This document shows positions 19,728-29,839 of a DNA stretch of 64,000 nucleotides, piece after piece (the first letter of the stretch is position 1; every line of letters begins with the position of its first letter). The translations under genes and the position numbers were made by a program. Below the pieces are notes generated by a model. The model had not been told where the DNA came from. It saw nothing but the letters and a program-made list of their open reading frames with translations, and did not search any database. This stretch comes from Shigella phage SSG23, in sequence record PQ351811; one strand, 5' to 3'.

Positions 19728-19757
19728 TTGACAGCACAAACCAGATAGACAATAATA
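19728..19757 (+). promoter_or_regulatory. candidate early promoter
   Basis: TTGACA, about 17 nt, AATAAT; conserved leader ...ACCAACTAAGGAGAATCA before ATG. Confidence 0.4.
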
Positions 19758-19785
19758 CACACATACCAACTAAGGAGAATCAATT

Positions 19786-20541
19786 ATGAAACTGTTTGCT
19801 TTTAAATCTAACGAAGAATTGGCGCTGGTTGTTTTCCGTTTGAACTCTATCATGGCTGGCGCTTCTCGTCGTAACAAAGACTTCTCTATGAGCTTAGTCA
19901 CTGTGCGTAACATCTATCGCCAGACTCATTGCGCATATTCAGGTGAGGCGTTCGGTGAAGGTGATGATGGACTCTCCTTAGAGCGCATTGATTGCAATCT
20001 GGGCTATGTTGATGGCAATGTGATTCCGGTTAAACTGAAATACAATTCTTTCCGTGGTAATCACACTATCGAATCTCTTAAAGAGATCCAGGAACTAGGA
20101 ACTAACGGTAAACTTTCTGATGATGAGATCGCCCTACGTGCAAAGTACATCGAGTGGATCGAACTTAACGAGAATCGCATCAAGAATCAGGAAATGGCGA
20201 TTGAAGAAAAGAAATTAGCGGTAGAACGCCACAAAAAGCACAATGAACCGGAGAAAGCAGAGGCAGCAGAGAAAGCAATTAAAAACACTCTCTTCCGTAT
20301 GGAAGAACGTTATCAGAAAATTGCAGATCTCAAGCAAGCCCTTAGCGAAATCAACAAGAAAGAGGAAAAACTTAAGGCTATTGCAAATAATACCGAAATC
20401 GTGCTAAAATATACCAGCGTTTTGATTGAATCTCTTTCTAAGTATGAGAACTTAACGCCAGCACAAAAAGAACGCGTGAAATACGGGCTTCCGATTGATG
20501 CGTCGTGGATTGAATTGATGAAAGCGAAGGTAGGTTTATAA
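19786..20541 (+). CDS. hypothetical protein with coiled-coil C-terminus
   Basis: N-terminal region resembles a degenerate HNH motif (CAYSGE, NVIPV, KYNSFRGNH); long charged helical C-terminus. Confidence 0.5.
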   Translation: MKLFAFKSNEELALVVFRLNSIMAGASRRNKDFSMSLVTVRNIYRQTHCAYSGEAFGEGDDGLSLERIDCNLGYVDGNVIPVKLKYNSFRGNHTIESLKEIQELGTNGKLSDDEIALRAKYIEWIELNENRIKNQEMAIEEKKLAVERHKKHNEPEKAEAAEKAIKNTLFRMEERYQKIADLKQALSEINKKEEKLKAIANNTEIVLKYTSVLIESLSKYENLTPAQKERVKYGLPIDASWIELMKAKVGL

Positions 20542-20855
20542 TGCATGTATTTGCTGTATGTTATCGTGATAAAGACGGATTCTTTCAATACTCAGTGGAC
20601 GCGAAAGGTCGCGTCCTAACTTGCGAAACACATGATGCAGCGTTAGCGTCAATGTGTGATCAGATAGATTATTGTGAGAGTCTATTGGCAGGTGAACCGA
20701 AATACAAGGTTGTGCCTAAACGAAAATTTGGTATAATCCGGTCTTCTGAAATTGTTCGGGATGGTGTAGAATACAAAATTCCAGACTATGAAAAAGAGCG
20801 GGTACGACGAGAACTCAATACTATCTGTGTTCGCAAGGTGAGGATTTTAGGATAA
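20541..20855 (+). CDS. hypothetical protein
   Basis: 104-aa ORF with ATG overlapping the upstream stop. Confidence 0.45.
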   Translation: MHVFAVCYRDKDGFFQYSVDAKGRVLTCETHDAALASMCDQIDYCESLLAGEPKYKVVPKRKFGIIRSSEIVRDGVEYKIPDYEKERVRRELNTICVRKVRILG

Positions 20856-22246
20856 TGAGCAGAGTATTAACTTTCGATATGTTGACAGACGGACAAAAAC
20901 ATGCTTTCGATGTTCTGATGAAACGCATTGAACAAAAGAAACATACAACTGTCCGAGGTGCGGCGGGTACTGGTAAAACCGCAATGATGAAATTCATTGT
21001 TCAGGAAATGGTCCGCCGTGGTGTAACTGGTGTGGTTTTGGCAACGCCTACCCACCAGGCTAAAAAAGTTTTGAGTAAGGCGGTAGGTCGTCAAGCATTT
21101 ACTTTACATGCTTTATTGCGTCTTAATCCGACCAATTATGAAGATACTCAAGTATTTGAACAAAAAGATACTCCTAAGCTAGATGATGTTCAGATCATCA
21201 TTGTTGATGAAGCGAGTATGGTCGATAAGAAGTTATTTGATATTCTCATGAAGAGTATCAACGGGCGAATTGTTATTATTGCCGTGGGTGATCCGCACCA
21301 GTTACGACCAGTTGATCCGAGCGGTGCAACGTCAATTTCTCCTTTCTTCACGGTTGAAGAGTTTCAGAACGTGGAGTTAACAGAAATTAAAAGGTCTAAT
21401 GCACCAATAATTGATGTGGCGACCGCTGTCCGTAACGGTAAATGGGTATTCGAAAAGCAGTGCGGTAACGAGGGTGTATTCCATAGCTCAACTCTACCGG
21501 AGTTTATGACTCGTTATTTTGAAGCAGTGAAAACGCCGGAAGACCTTCTAGAAAACCGTATTCTGGCTTACACTAATAAGAGTGTCGAAAAACTCAATGA
21601 AATTGTGCGTAAGCGCATTTACAATACAGAAGATCCGGTCATTGTAGATGAAATTCTGGTTACTCAGGAACCGTTGATCGAATATCTGCGAGATGAACGC
21701 GGGAAGAAGATTCCTAATGTGATTTTTAACAACGGTGAGATGATCCGAGTTAAAGAGGTTATACCGCGCGAATTTACATTACGTTGCACGGGGGTAGATC
21801 CGCAACCAGTTTTAGGGTATACTCTTAAAGTCGAAAGCGTCGATAATGACGAAGACAAAGAGATCCTGAATCAGAAAGTTGGTTTAGATGCAGTCGGAAT
21901 CACTACCGACAAACCGGATTTAGTAGAAATCAATATTCTGACAGAACAACGACAGAAGAACATTTTCTCTATCTACCTGAATACGGTAGCCGGACAATAT
22001 CGCGAAATGAAGAAAGAGAATCCAAACTTTAAACCAGATTGGGATTCTTTCTGGACGATGAAACGTATGTTCCTTAATGTAAAAGCATTACCAGCTTGCA
22101 CTATTCATAAGTCACAAGGGATCAGCGTAGACCGCGTGTTCCTGTATACTCCTTGCATGTGTACAGATAATGTTGACTTTGAACTGGCAATGCAGTTATT
22201 ATATGTGGGTGTTACCCGTGCACGTTATCGGGTAGACTATATTTGA
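20855..22246 (+). CDS. dda: DNA helicase Dda (SF1)
   Basis: LTDGQKHAFDV, Walker A GAAGTGKT, ATPTHQAKK and C-terminal LLYVGVTRARY match T4 Dda. Confidence 0.9.
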   Translation: MSRVLTFDMLTDGQKHAFDVLMKRIEQKKHTTVRGAAGTGKTAMMKFIVQEMVRRGVTGVVLATPTHQAKKVLSKAVGRQAFTLHALLRLNPTNYEDTQVFEQKDTPKLDDVQIIIVDEASMVDKKLFDILMKSINGRIVIIAVGDPHQLRPVDPSGATSISPFFTVEEFQNVELTEIKRSNAPIIDVATAVRNGKWVFEKQCGNEGVFHSSTLPEFMTRYFEAVKTPEDLLENRILAYTNKSVEKLNEIVRKRIYNTEDPVIVDEILVTQEPLIEYLRDERGKKIPNVIFNNGEMIRVKEVIPREFTLRCTGVDPQPVLGYTLKVESVDNDEDKEILNQKVGLDAVGITTDKPDLVEINILTEQRQKNIFSIYLNTVAGQYREMKKENPNFKPDWDSFWTMKRMFLNVKALPACTIHKSQGISVDRVFLYTPCMCTDNVDFELAMQLLYVGVTRARYRVDYI

Positions 22247-22256
22247 GGAAACTATT

Positions 22257-22424
22257 ATGATTATGCGAAATATCCCCGAATTTGACGAAGTGACGGTACG
22301 CCGTCACAATGGAACTGTTACCATGTGTTTTAGTTGGGGTCATTATGGATGGAACGTGTCCGGCGACAGTGAAGCTGAATGTATCAATAAAATGATCGAA
22401 CATTTCACTAAGCGAGGTTTTTGA
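22257..22424 (+). CDS. hypothetical small protein
   Basis: 55-aa ORF filling the gap after dda; below the ORF-track size cutoff. Confidence 0.3.
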   Translation: MIMRNIPEFDEVTVRRHNGTVTMCFSWGHYGWNVSGDSEAECINKMIEHFTKRGF

Positions 22425-22425
22425 T

Positions 22426-22668
22426 ATGGTTGTTATTAACGATATCTCTAAGGTAATTCATCTTGAATCAATTGTCGCGTGGAACCGTCAAAAGATTCAT
22501 TGTGACTATGCACAACATGTAATGAATTTTAACAACAAGGTACGCGCATACATGGCAACGGACCGACTGTTAACCGATAATTACGGTAAAGGAATTATTG
22601 ATTGTAGCGGTTTCATTCTGGACAAAAACGATCTTGAGTTGTTCCGGCATATAGCGGAGGATATTTAA
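22426..22668 (+). CDS. hypothetical protein
   Basis: 80-aa ORF. Confidence 0.4.
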   Translation: MVVINDISKVIHLESIVAWNRQKIHCDYAQHVMNFNNKVRAYMATDRLLTDNYGKGIIDCSGFILDKNDLELFRHIAEDI

Positions 22669-22669
22669 A

Positions 22670-23338
22670 ATGCTTCCAGTGGATTTAATGATTGACTTTG
22701 AAAGTTTAGGTTATCCGCCTGATGGGGCGGTAATCAATATGGCGGCAATCGGATTTAAAGAAGATCCACACAATCCACCGACATTTAAAGAACTGGTTGA
22801 TAATTCCTTTCTGGTAAAATTTGATATTCCTTCCCAGAAAGGTGTAAGGATCTTTGATCATGGTGTGGTTGAATGGTGGAAGAATACCGCCTCAGAAGGC
22901 ATGAGAAAGCAATTAATCACAAATGGGACGGAAGTATCAACCAAAGAAGGTTTAGCGCGTTTTAACGCATTCTGTGAATCCGTGGGAGTAGATCCGGTTA
23001 AATCCGTAATGTGGTCACGCGGTAATGCGTTTGATATTCCGTTGCTAGTTGATATGATTCGACGCGCTCATAATACCCGTGAGACGTTCACTCTTGAACC
23101 TGTGCGATTCTGGAACATCCGAGATGTTCGCACCGCCATTGAGCGTACATTAATGCATCGTGGTATGTGTGAGTGTCCGCTACCAATGGGTACATTAGAC
23201 GGATTCATCGCACATGATGCAATTCACGATTGCGCTCGCGATATTCTTATGCTAATCTATGCACAACGTTATGCTATGGGTCTGGAAGACCTGCCAGAAA
23301 ATCCAGACCCAAATTCAGTTAAGAAACAAAGGGGATAA
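22670..23338 (+). CDS. dexA: exonuclease A DexA (DnaQ-like 3-prime-5-prime exonuclease)
   Basis: DFESLG near N-terminus and HDAIHDC near C-terminus are DEDDh exonuclease motifs; about 222 aa as T4 DexA. Confidence 0.8.
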   Translation: MLPVDLMIDFESLGYPPDGAVINMAAIGFKEDPHNPPTFKELVDNSFLVKFDIPSQKGVRIFDHGVVEWWKNTASEGMRKQLITNGTEVSTKEGLARFNAFCESVGVDPVKSVMWSRGNAFDIPLLVDMIRRAHNTRETFTLEPVRFWNIRDVRTAIERTLMHRGMCECPLPMGTLDGFIAHDAIHDCARDILMLIYAQRYAMGLEDLPENPDPNSVKKQRG

Positions 23339-23339
23339 T

Positions 23340-23513
23340 ATGCCATTATACGATTATTCTTGTGAAGAACACGGTCAATTTCAGAAAATCCGCAAAATTT
23401 CCGAGCGTGAAAAGGCAGAATGTCCTGAATGTGGGAAAGAATGTAAACAGGGATTAACTGCCCCGCGCGGTATTAATGGCGGGTATTACGATAAAAATGT
23501 GCGCGTGTCATGA
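23340..23513 (+). CDS. zinc-ribbon small protein (FmdB-like)
   Basis: MPLYDYSCEEHG...CPECG: two CxxC-type pairs typical of FmdB-family zinc ribbons. Confidence 0.5.
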   Translation: MPLYDYSCEEHGQFQKIRKISEREKAECPECGKECKQGLTAPRGINGGYYDKNVRVS

Positions 23514-23612
23514 GTCATATACTTGACAATCACTCAATTTTTAATATGATTGTTGCAGCCGTCTTTGTGGCGGTTGCAGTAAGTTATGGTTATGTTATGA
23601 AGAGGTTTAATA

Positions 23613-25436
23613 ATGAGTGAGTTCCGCATTTTATCGGATCGTGAACATGTCCTTAAGCGTGCAGGAATGTACATAGGATCAACTACTTATGAAGAACATC
23701 AACGTTTCCTGTTCGGTAAGTGGACAAAAATTTCATACGTTCCTGGACTGGTTAAAATCATTGATGAGATCATCGACAACTCTGTAGATGAGGCGATCCG
23801 CACTAACTTTGAATTTGCCAATGTGATTAGCGTCGATATCCAAAACAATATTGTTACGGTAACAGACAATGGTCGCGGTATTCCTCAACATATGGTTACT
23901 ACTCCAGAGGGTACGCAGATTCCGCAACCTGTAGCCGCATGGACACGAACAAAAGCCGGGTCTAACTTTGATGATACCAATCGATTAACGCAAGGGATGA
24001 ACGGCGTAGGATCGTCGTTGTCAAATTTCTTTAGCGATTGGTTTACTGGTGTAACCTGTGACGGTGAAACAGAAATGACCGTTCAATGCACAAATGGTGC
24101 TGAAAATATCACATGGTCATCAAAACCATCAAAATTAAAGGGAACAAAGGTTACATTTTGTCCAGACTTCGATCACTTCGAAGGTTATATGATGGACAAC
24201 TCTGTTTTAGATATCGTTCATGATCGTCTGCAATCATTGAGCGTAATATTTCCGAAGATCACGTTTAAGTTTAATGGTAAACGTATTGTTAGTAAGTTCA
24301 AGGAGTATGCTAAACTCTATAATGATGATCCGTTTGTCATTGAAGATAAAAACTTTTCACTTGCCCTAGTTCCTGCGGTTGAGGGTGAAGGTTTTAAATC
24401 TGTATCCTTTGCTAATGGTCTGTTTACCAAAAACGGGGGAACACACGTTGATTATGTGATGGATGATCTTTGTGAAGAGATTGTAAAACGAATCAAGAAA
24501 GAATATAAGGTTGATGTTACTAAAGCTGCGGTTAAGTCTGGTTTGACCTGTATCCTTATTGTTCGTGAATTGCCTAACCTTCGTTTTGATTCACAGACAA
24601 AAGAGCGATTGACTAACCCGACTGGTGATATCAAGCGTCATATTGATCTGGACTTTAAAAAACTGGCTAAGGTCATTGCTAAGAAAGAAAACATTATCAT
24701 GCCTATTATTGCTGTAGTTCTAGCACGCAAAGAGGCAGCAGATAAAGCGGCAGCGACTAAGGCAGCAAAGGCAGCAAAACGGGCTAAGGTTGCAAAACAC
24801 GTTAAAGCTAACCTTATTGGAACTGACGCAGAAACTACCCTGTTTCTGACGGAAGGTGATTCCGCAATCAACTATCTGATTTCTGTACGTGATCAAGATT
24901 TACATGGCGGTTTCCCGTTGCGAGGTAAAACTCTTACAACGTGGGAACAACCGGAGGCAAAGATCGTTAAGAATGCCGAAATTTTTAACATCATGGCGAT
25001 CACTGGCTTGCAATTTGGTGTTGATGCATTGGAAGTTATGCAATACAAAAATATTGCGATTATGACTGACGCGGATACTGACGGGATCGGATCTATTAAG
25101 CCTAGTCTGATCTCTTTCTTTGCACGTTGGCCTGAATTGTTCGAAGATGGACGAATCCGGTTTATCAAAACACCTATTATCATTGCAGAACCAAAGAAAG
25201 GTGATGATGTTCGATGGTATTATGACCTAGAAGATTTCGAGAACGACCGAGATAATATCAAAGGTTATAACATTCGATATATCAAAGGGTTAGCATCGCT
25301 TACAGAATCAGATTATCATCGCGTGATCAATGATCCTGTCATGGAGATCATCACGTTACCGGAAAACTATAAAGAGCTATTCGATTTGCTCTATAGCGAA
25401 GATTCAGACCGCCGTAAAGAGTGGATGTGTAGCTAA
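23613..25436 (+). CDS. 39: DNA topoisomerase II large subunit gp39 (GyrB-like, fused 39+60)
   Basis: GHKL ATPase motifs (DNSVDEA, TDNGRGIP) and Toprim EGDSA; a single 607-aa ORF equivalent to T4 gp39 plus gp60. Confidence 0.9.
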   Translation: MSEFRILSDREHVLKRAGMYIGSTTYEEHQRFLFGKWTKISYVPGLVKIIDEIIDNSVDEAIRTNFEFANVISVDIQNNIVTVTDNGRGIPQHMVTTPEGTQIPQPVAAWTRTKAGSNFDDTNRLTQGMNGVGSSLSNFFSDWFTGVTCDGETEMTVQCTNGAENITWSSKPSKLKGTKVTFCPDFDHFEGYMMDNSVLDIVHDRLQSLSVIFPKITFKFNGKRIVSKFKEYAKLYNDDPFVIEDKNFSLALVPAVEGEGFKSVSFANGLFTKNGGTHVDYVMDDLCEEIVKRIKKEYKVDVTKAAVKSGLTCILIVRELPNLRFDSQTKERLTNPTGDIKRHIDLDFKKLAKVIAKKENIIMPIIAVVLARKEAADKAAATKAAKAAKRAKVAKHVKANLIGTDAETTLFLTEGDSAINYLISVRDQDLHGGFPLRGKTLTTWEQPEAKIVKNAEIFNIMAITGLQFGVDALEVMQYKNIAIMTDADTDGIGSIKPSLISFFARWPELFEDGRIRFIKTPIIIAEPKKGDDVRWYYDLEDFENDRDNIKGYNIRYIKGLASLTESDYHRVINDPVMEIITLPENYKELFDLLYSEDSDRRKEWMCS

Positions 25437-25441
25437 AACAC

Positions 25442-25480
25442 TTGACATACAAGGGAGATTCTCTATAATGGGAGTCTCCC
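25442..25480 (+). promoter_or_regulatory. early promoter with enclosing hairpin (PeSL-like)
   Basis: TTGACA, 16 nt, TATAAT; GGGAGA...TCTCCC arms enclose the -10; T-run follows. Confidence 0.55.
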
Positions 25481-25503
25481 TTTTCTTTTATGAGGATTTA
25501 ATA

Positions 25504-25803
25504 ATGAGCAAAAAGAATAACATGATGATGAGCATGGCAAAGTTCATGGAAGCAGACCTGATCAAAAATACAGTACAGCATGAACGTCAGCGAGAAGCCG
25601 CAGTGATTGCAGAACAAGGTTTTCAGGTTATCCGCAATCCACCTAAAGACACGGTTAAATCGAAATACAGAGACGATTTGAAAGACCATGAAGTACGGGA
25701 ACTGGTTAATGATCTGCGTGACATTGCTATCAAATATCATGGTTATCAGTGCTTAAGAGAACTGATTGCAGAGCGAGTAATGGATGCACTGAAAAAAGAT
25801 TAA
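25504..25803 (+). CDS. hypothetical protein
   Basis: ORF downstream of promoter-hairpin at 25442. Confidence 0.4.
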   Translation: MSKKNNMMMSMAKFMEADLIKNTVQHERQREAAVIAEQGFQVIRNPPKDTVKSKYRDDLKDHEVRELVNDLRDIAIKYHGYQCLRELIAERVMDALKKD

Positions 25804-25810
25804 AAAGTTG

Positions 25811-25845
25811 TTGACGCTGGATCGGGGATATAGCATAATATCCCC
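25811..25845 (+). promoter_or_regulatory. early promoter with hairpin (PeSL-like)
   Basis: TTGACG, 17 nt, CATAAT; GGGGATAT...ATATCCCC arms. Confidence 0.55.
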
Positions 25846-25869
25846 ATCGAAAACAAAAGGTTGACTTAT

Positions 25870-26064
25870 ATGAAACCGTTTAAGAATGAAGAAACTCAAA
25901 AATTTTGTGAAAAAATTGCAGAAATCTACTTGACAGGAGAGAAGGAAAAGGCTAATATTATGTTCAAAGAGGCAGTTTCCTTGATGAAAGTAGCACGCTG
26001 GGAACTGATTGCAATGCAAGACCAAATTCGTTATCTAGTAACAAAGGAGAATCAAAATGCGTAA
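25870..26064 (+). CDS. hypothetical protein
   Basis: ORF downstream of promoter-hairpin at 25811. Confidence 0.35.
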   Translation: MKPFKNEETQKFCEKIAEIYLTGEKEKANIMFKEAVSLMKVARWELIAMQDQIRYLVTKENQNA

Positions 26065-26251
26065 CCATTACATCGAACTGGCAAGCCGTAAAGTTTCCGA
26101 TCTGAAAGGCGTAATTGCTTACTATGAAGAAGTCCTGAAAAACGAAATTGCTGATTGGGAACGTAAAGAATACAGCAAGTGCTTAGAGAAAAGCCGCGCT
26201 GAATTGGTTGACGCAGAAGCCCATCTGCAATGGGTGATTGAAAATGTGTAA
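26057..26251 (+). CDS. hypothetical protein
   Basis: 64-aa ORF with GGAG RBS. Confidence 0.35.
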   Translation: MRNHYIELASRKVSDLKGVIAYYEEVLKNEIADWERKEYSKCLEKSRAELVDAEAHLQWVIENV

Positions 26252-26261
26252 GGAGTAGAAA

Positions 26262-26519
26262 ATGAGTCGAAGTTTTGATTTTATGTTCGCCAAGTATCAT
26301 CGAGACAAGAAATCGATGGACCTGTTTATGGAATGTTTGAGGTATGAATATGCTCACCTTCGGAAGAACAAAATTGATCCGCAAGTTTCCTACGAAAACA
26401 TCAAGAAATATGCGAAAGAAGTGATTGACAATAATTGCACCGTGACATATAATGCGTTTATTGATTTATGGGCGTGGGATGTAATCTACGCAGAGATGGA
26501 CAAAGAAGATTTTAATTAA
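26262..26519 (+). CDS. hypothetical protein
   Basis: 85-aa ORF with GGAG RBS. Confidence 0.4.
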   Translation: MSRSFDFMFAKYHRDKKSMDLFMECLRYEYAHLRKNKIDPQVSYENIKKYAKEVIDNNCTVTYNAFIDLWAWDVIYAEMDKEDFN

Positions 26520-26533
26520 GTGAGGATTATATT

Positions 26534-28642
26534 ATGAAAATGCATATTGATAATGAAGAAGTATTTGGCAGTGACCTGAGCGGTGCGGTTGATTTTTCAC
26601 TGAAAGCAAGTAGCAAGGCTTTTATGGTGCTTTCTAAGAACACATATCAATATTGTGAGCGTGCTTGCGTCCGTGAGTATTCGTGCAATGCTACCGACAC
26701 TCACAAAGAAGCCGGAACCTTAGATCGTCCGTTTGATATTCATTTGCCGACTGCAATCGAACCGTATTTCTCTGTACGTGATTATGGTACTGGTATTCCA
26801 TCTAAGAAAGAATTAGAACAACTGTTTACGGTTTACTTTGAATCAACCAAAGACCAGACTAATGACTATATCGGATCTTTTGGTTTGGGTGCGAAGTCTG
26901 CTTATAGCTACACCGACACCTTTACAATCGTGAACTATTACAATGGTCGCGCTTATGGCTTTACTGCATTCGTGCAAAACTCTATGCCGAAAATGGTGCA
27001 GATTTTCGACGAACCAACCTATGAAGACAATGGTCTGAAAATCACTATTCCGGTGAAAGAGAAAGATATTCAGACATGGCATCGAGAAGCACAATTTGTA
27101 CTGCGTCATTTTGGGGAACATAAACCGAATATCAACGCAATCGAAATTAATTATTTCCCTAGCTTTGATAATTATTATGTGTGTAATGGACGTGATAACG
27201 ATTCCTATGTGGTATATGCAATCATGGGTAAGATCCAGTATCCGATCCCGTATGAATATGTTCGCGGAACATGGTTAGAAGCTGTAAACCGCCAGCACCA
27301 GACCATTTACATTAATTTTGAGTTGGGTGATCTGGACCTGATGCCATCGCGTGAAGAAGTTCACTTGTCAATTGAGACTAAAGCGAACATCGAAAAACGT
27401 ATTGCAGAAATCAATGAAATGATGTTGGAAAAGGTTAAAGAGAAGATCGCCAGCATTGAAACGGAGCGTAAACTCGCGCAATTTATGAGCGAGTATTCAT
27501 CGACTCAACGCAATATTATTAGCAAGATGGGTAAGATCGGACAATGGGACGATCCGGTAGCAATCTATAACAAGTTTGTAAATGCTGGTAAAGATTCGCC
27601 TAATGACGTAGAAGGTCAAGTGTATACTCTGTATCGTACTCGACACACAATCAGCAAATTGCGCCCTGCTTTCGTTAGCAGTCAATACAACATTACGCAC
27701 TTTGTATGGATTCATAAAGAAGATATTCTATGTGTAATTGATGATACGGATAAACCGAAACTGCGTGCACTGACTCTTAACGGCATGGTCCAGGAATACG
27801 GCATCAATAAAAAGGTACTGGTGTTCCGTCAGAGCAACGAAAAACACATGGAGACTTTCGAGTACATCAAACAGTATTATGATGAATCGGAAATGACCGT
27901 GATTAAGGTATCCGAGGCCGATGATCTGCGTGCTAAAGCAGTTAAGCCGGAGAAGACCGAACGTGCACAGCGTGAAGCTACTCCTAAGCTGCCTAACGTG
28001 TATATCATGGAAAAGATTGGTGACAGTTGGCATAAAACCAGCCATCATATGAAAGCGGCAGAGATTCGCGAGTTATCAGGCTTGCACATGTTCCGCGTGG
28101 GTGATGCATTCGAAAGCCGTAGCCGTCAATCGATCTATAGTGAAGATACCTTACACACGGCGCTTGACTACTTCGGGGTAACAAAGTATATTATTACCAG
28201 AAACGAGACACAAAAATATCTCGTTGACGAACAACTGGAATGCGCGCTAGAATTTGTTCGCGGTAAGCTGGCTGGTCTGGCTAAGAAGGTTAAGACCAAT
28301 CATCTGGGGTATGGCGAATATCTGGGTGTGATCACTATGTTGTTTCATGACGATGAATTAGAACGCTGTATTCCAGAATTTATTGACAGACTCTATGGTC
28401 GTCATTATAATAAAGAGGTTTCCAAGTTGCTCCTTCGTACTCGTTGGATTATGGACGAAGAAACTAAGAAGATCTGCGATGAAAAATTCACGGCAGCAAA
28501 CGAACGAATTAAAGCAGTTTGTGCGAAGTTTAAAGAGAATAGCCCGTTACTGTATGATATTGTAGATAACTGGTATCGTATTCTGCATAATGACAAACGC
28601 GCACAAGACTTTATGAAACTGGTTAAGAATGTTAAATTTTAA
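26534..28642 (+). CDS. rIIA: rIIA protein
   Basis: 702 aa with GHKL-type ATPase-like motifs (VRDYGTGIP, GSFGLGAKSA); sits between 39 and rIIB as in T4. Confidence 0.8.
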   Translation: MKMHIDNEEVFGSDLSGAVDFSLKASSKAFMVLSKNTYQYCERACVREYSCNATDTHKEAGTLDRPFDIHLPTAIEPYFSVRDYGTGIPSKKELEQLFTVYFESTKDQTNDYIGSFGLGAKSAYSYTDTFTIVNYYNGRAYGFTAFVQNSMPKMVQIFDEPTYEDNGLKITIPVKEKDIQTWHREAQFVLRHFGEHKPNINAIEINYFPSFDNYYVCNGRDNDSYVVYAIMGKIQYPIPYEYVRGTWLEAVNRQHQTIYINFELGDLDLMPSREEVHLSIETKANIEKRIAEINEMMLEKVKEKIASIETERKLAQFMSEYSSTQRNIISKMGKIGQWDDPVAIYNKFVNAGKDSPNDVEGQVYTLYRTRHTISKLRPAFVSSQYNITHFVWIHKEDILCVIDDTDKPKLRALTLNGMVQEYGINKKVLVFRQSNEKHMETFEYIKQYYDESEMTVIKVSEADDLRAKAVKPEKTERAQREATPKLPNVYIMEKIGDSWHKTSHHMKAAEIRELSGLHMFRVGDAFESRSRQSIYSEDTLHTALDYFGVTKYIITRNETQKYLVDEQLECALEFVRGKLAGLAKKVKTNHLGYGEYLGVITMLFHDDELERCIPEFIDRLYGRHYNKEVSKLLLRTRWIMDEETKKICDEKFTAANERIKAVCAKFKENSPLLYDIVDNWYRILHNDKRAQDFMKLVKNVKF

Positions 28643-28653
28643 GAGGTGATATT

Positions 28654-28785
28654 ATGACTAAACTGACCGCTATCCAGAAAGAAACTATTCGTAAACAATA
28701 CGCTCGCGGCTTGACTAAAGGCGAACTGGCACGAATCTATAATGTATCAGACCGCACAATCCGCAAGGTTGTCGAAGCAAAATAA
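28654..28785 (+). CDS. small HTH protein resembling the rIIB N-terminal domain
   Basis: 43-aa ORF MTKLTAIQKETIRKQYARGLTKGELARIYNVSDRTIRKVVEAK aligns with the N-terminus of T4 rIIB (LTKNEQAEIVKLY...ELADWQGVSVDTIRRVLKNAEEAK). Confidence 0.4.
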   Translation: MTKLTAIQKETIRKQYARGLTKGELARIYNVSDRTIRKVVEAK

Positions 28786-28846
28786 TTCTGGTATAATGAT
28801 GTGAATCGGGCGGCGATAGTCGCCCACTAATAGAGGAATGAATACT

Positions 28847-29839
28847 ATGACTAAAGCAAAAATCACCGTCTCTGACCGTAACGTTCAATGCCTGGACTCT
28901 GCGAAACAAATCAAACTGGCTAAACAGTGGGGCGAAGGTAAGTTTACTACCCGCGAAGCACTTGCGGCAGCATTTGGTGTATCTCGTCGCACTGCCTCCC
29001 GTGTATTACTGATTCAGAAAGACGCAGTAGCGGAAGGTCGCAAGGCACTGGAAAACCGTAAAGCACGCCGTAAAACCAGTAAAGGAAAAGGCGGTGAACG
29101 CGCAAAAAAGCCCGTGACTACTTCCTCAAAAATCGTAGCAATAGCCTCATCTAAATTCATTACTATTACATGTGGTGACATTGTTTATACTGCTGACCCA
29201 TCACATGTTAACTTTAATGAAGCACTGGAAGCGATTAAACAAAATGATTTCATCAAAGCTATTACGCTGATTGACATTAAGAAAGCGGTTGAAGTATATT
29301 ATCACGGCGCTTTCCGTATCGAAAATGGCATTGTGTATTATCATAATATTGTTCTTGATAATAATCTGACTCGTCGAGTTGTTGAGTCGATTAAAGAGAA
29401 TAAGCCATATACGCACTATCTGAACTTCTTTGAGAAGTGCAAGAAAAACCCTAGCCGTAAGGCGGTAGATCGTCTGTTTGACTTCTTAGAGCACAACGAC
29501 ATTGAGATCGGGGAAGATGGTTGTTTCTATGCATGGAAACGTGTTGATGTTGATTATAAAGATTTCTTTACGCATACGTTTGATAATAGCCCAGGGCGCA
29601 CGGTTAAAATGAAGCGTAAAGACGTGGACCCAGATGATGACCGCACTTGCTCTAATGGCCTCCATGTTGCAGCGAAACACTACATTCCGCACTATGGCGG
29701 TGGACGAGGCCGAATCATTAAATGCAAAGTTGATCCGCGTCACGTTGTAAGTATTCCGAAAGATTATGCGAATGCCAAAATGCGCTGTCATCGTTACTAT
29801 GTGGTTGAAGATGTAACCGAAGGTTTTAGCCATTACTAA
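28847..29839 (+). CDS. rIIB: rIIB protein
   Basis: NPSRKAVDRLFDFL, TFDNSPGRTVKM, CSNGLHVAAK, YYVVEDVTEGF match T4 rIIB; start at second ATG, properly spaced from GAGG. Confidence 0.85.
   Translation: MTKAKITVSDRNVQCLDSAKQIKLAKQWGEGKFTTREALAAAFGVSRRTASRVLLIQKDAVAEGRKALENRKARRKTSKGKGGERAKKPVTTSSKIVAIASSKFITITCGDIVYTADPSHVNFNEALEAIKQNDFIKAITLIDIKKAVEVYYHGAFRIENGIVYYHNIVLDNNLTRRVVESIKENKPYTHYLNFFEKCKKNPSRKAVDRLFDFLEHNDIEIGEDGCFYAWKRVDVDYKDFFTHTFDNSPGRTVKMKRKDVDPDDDRTCSNGLHVAAKHYIPHYGGGRGRIIKCKVDPRHVVSIPKDYANAKMRCHRYYVVEDVTEGFSHY

Noticed and set aside
23613-25436. Looked for the T4 gene 60 translational bypass (50-nt hop) in the topoisomerase large-subunit gene
   Set aside because: The subunit is encoded as one uninterrupted 607-aa ORF covering both the gp39 and gp60 regions, so no split gene or bypass element is present.
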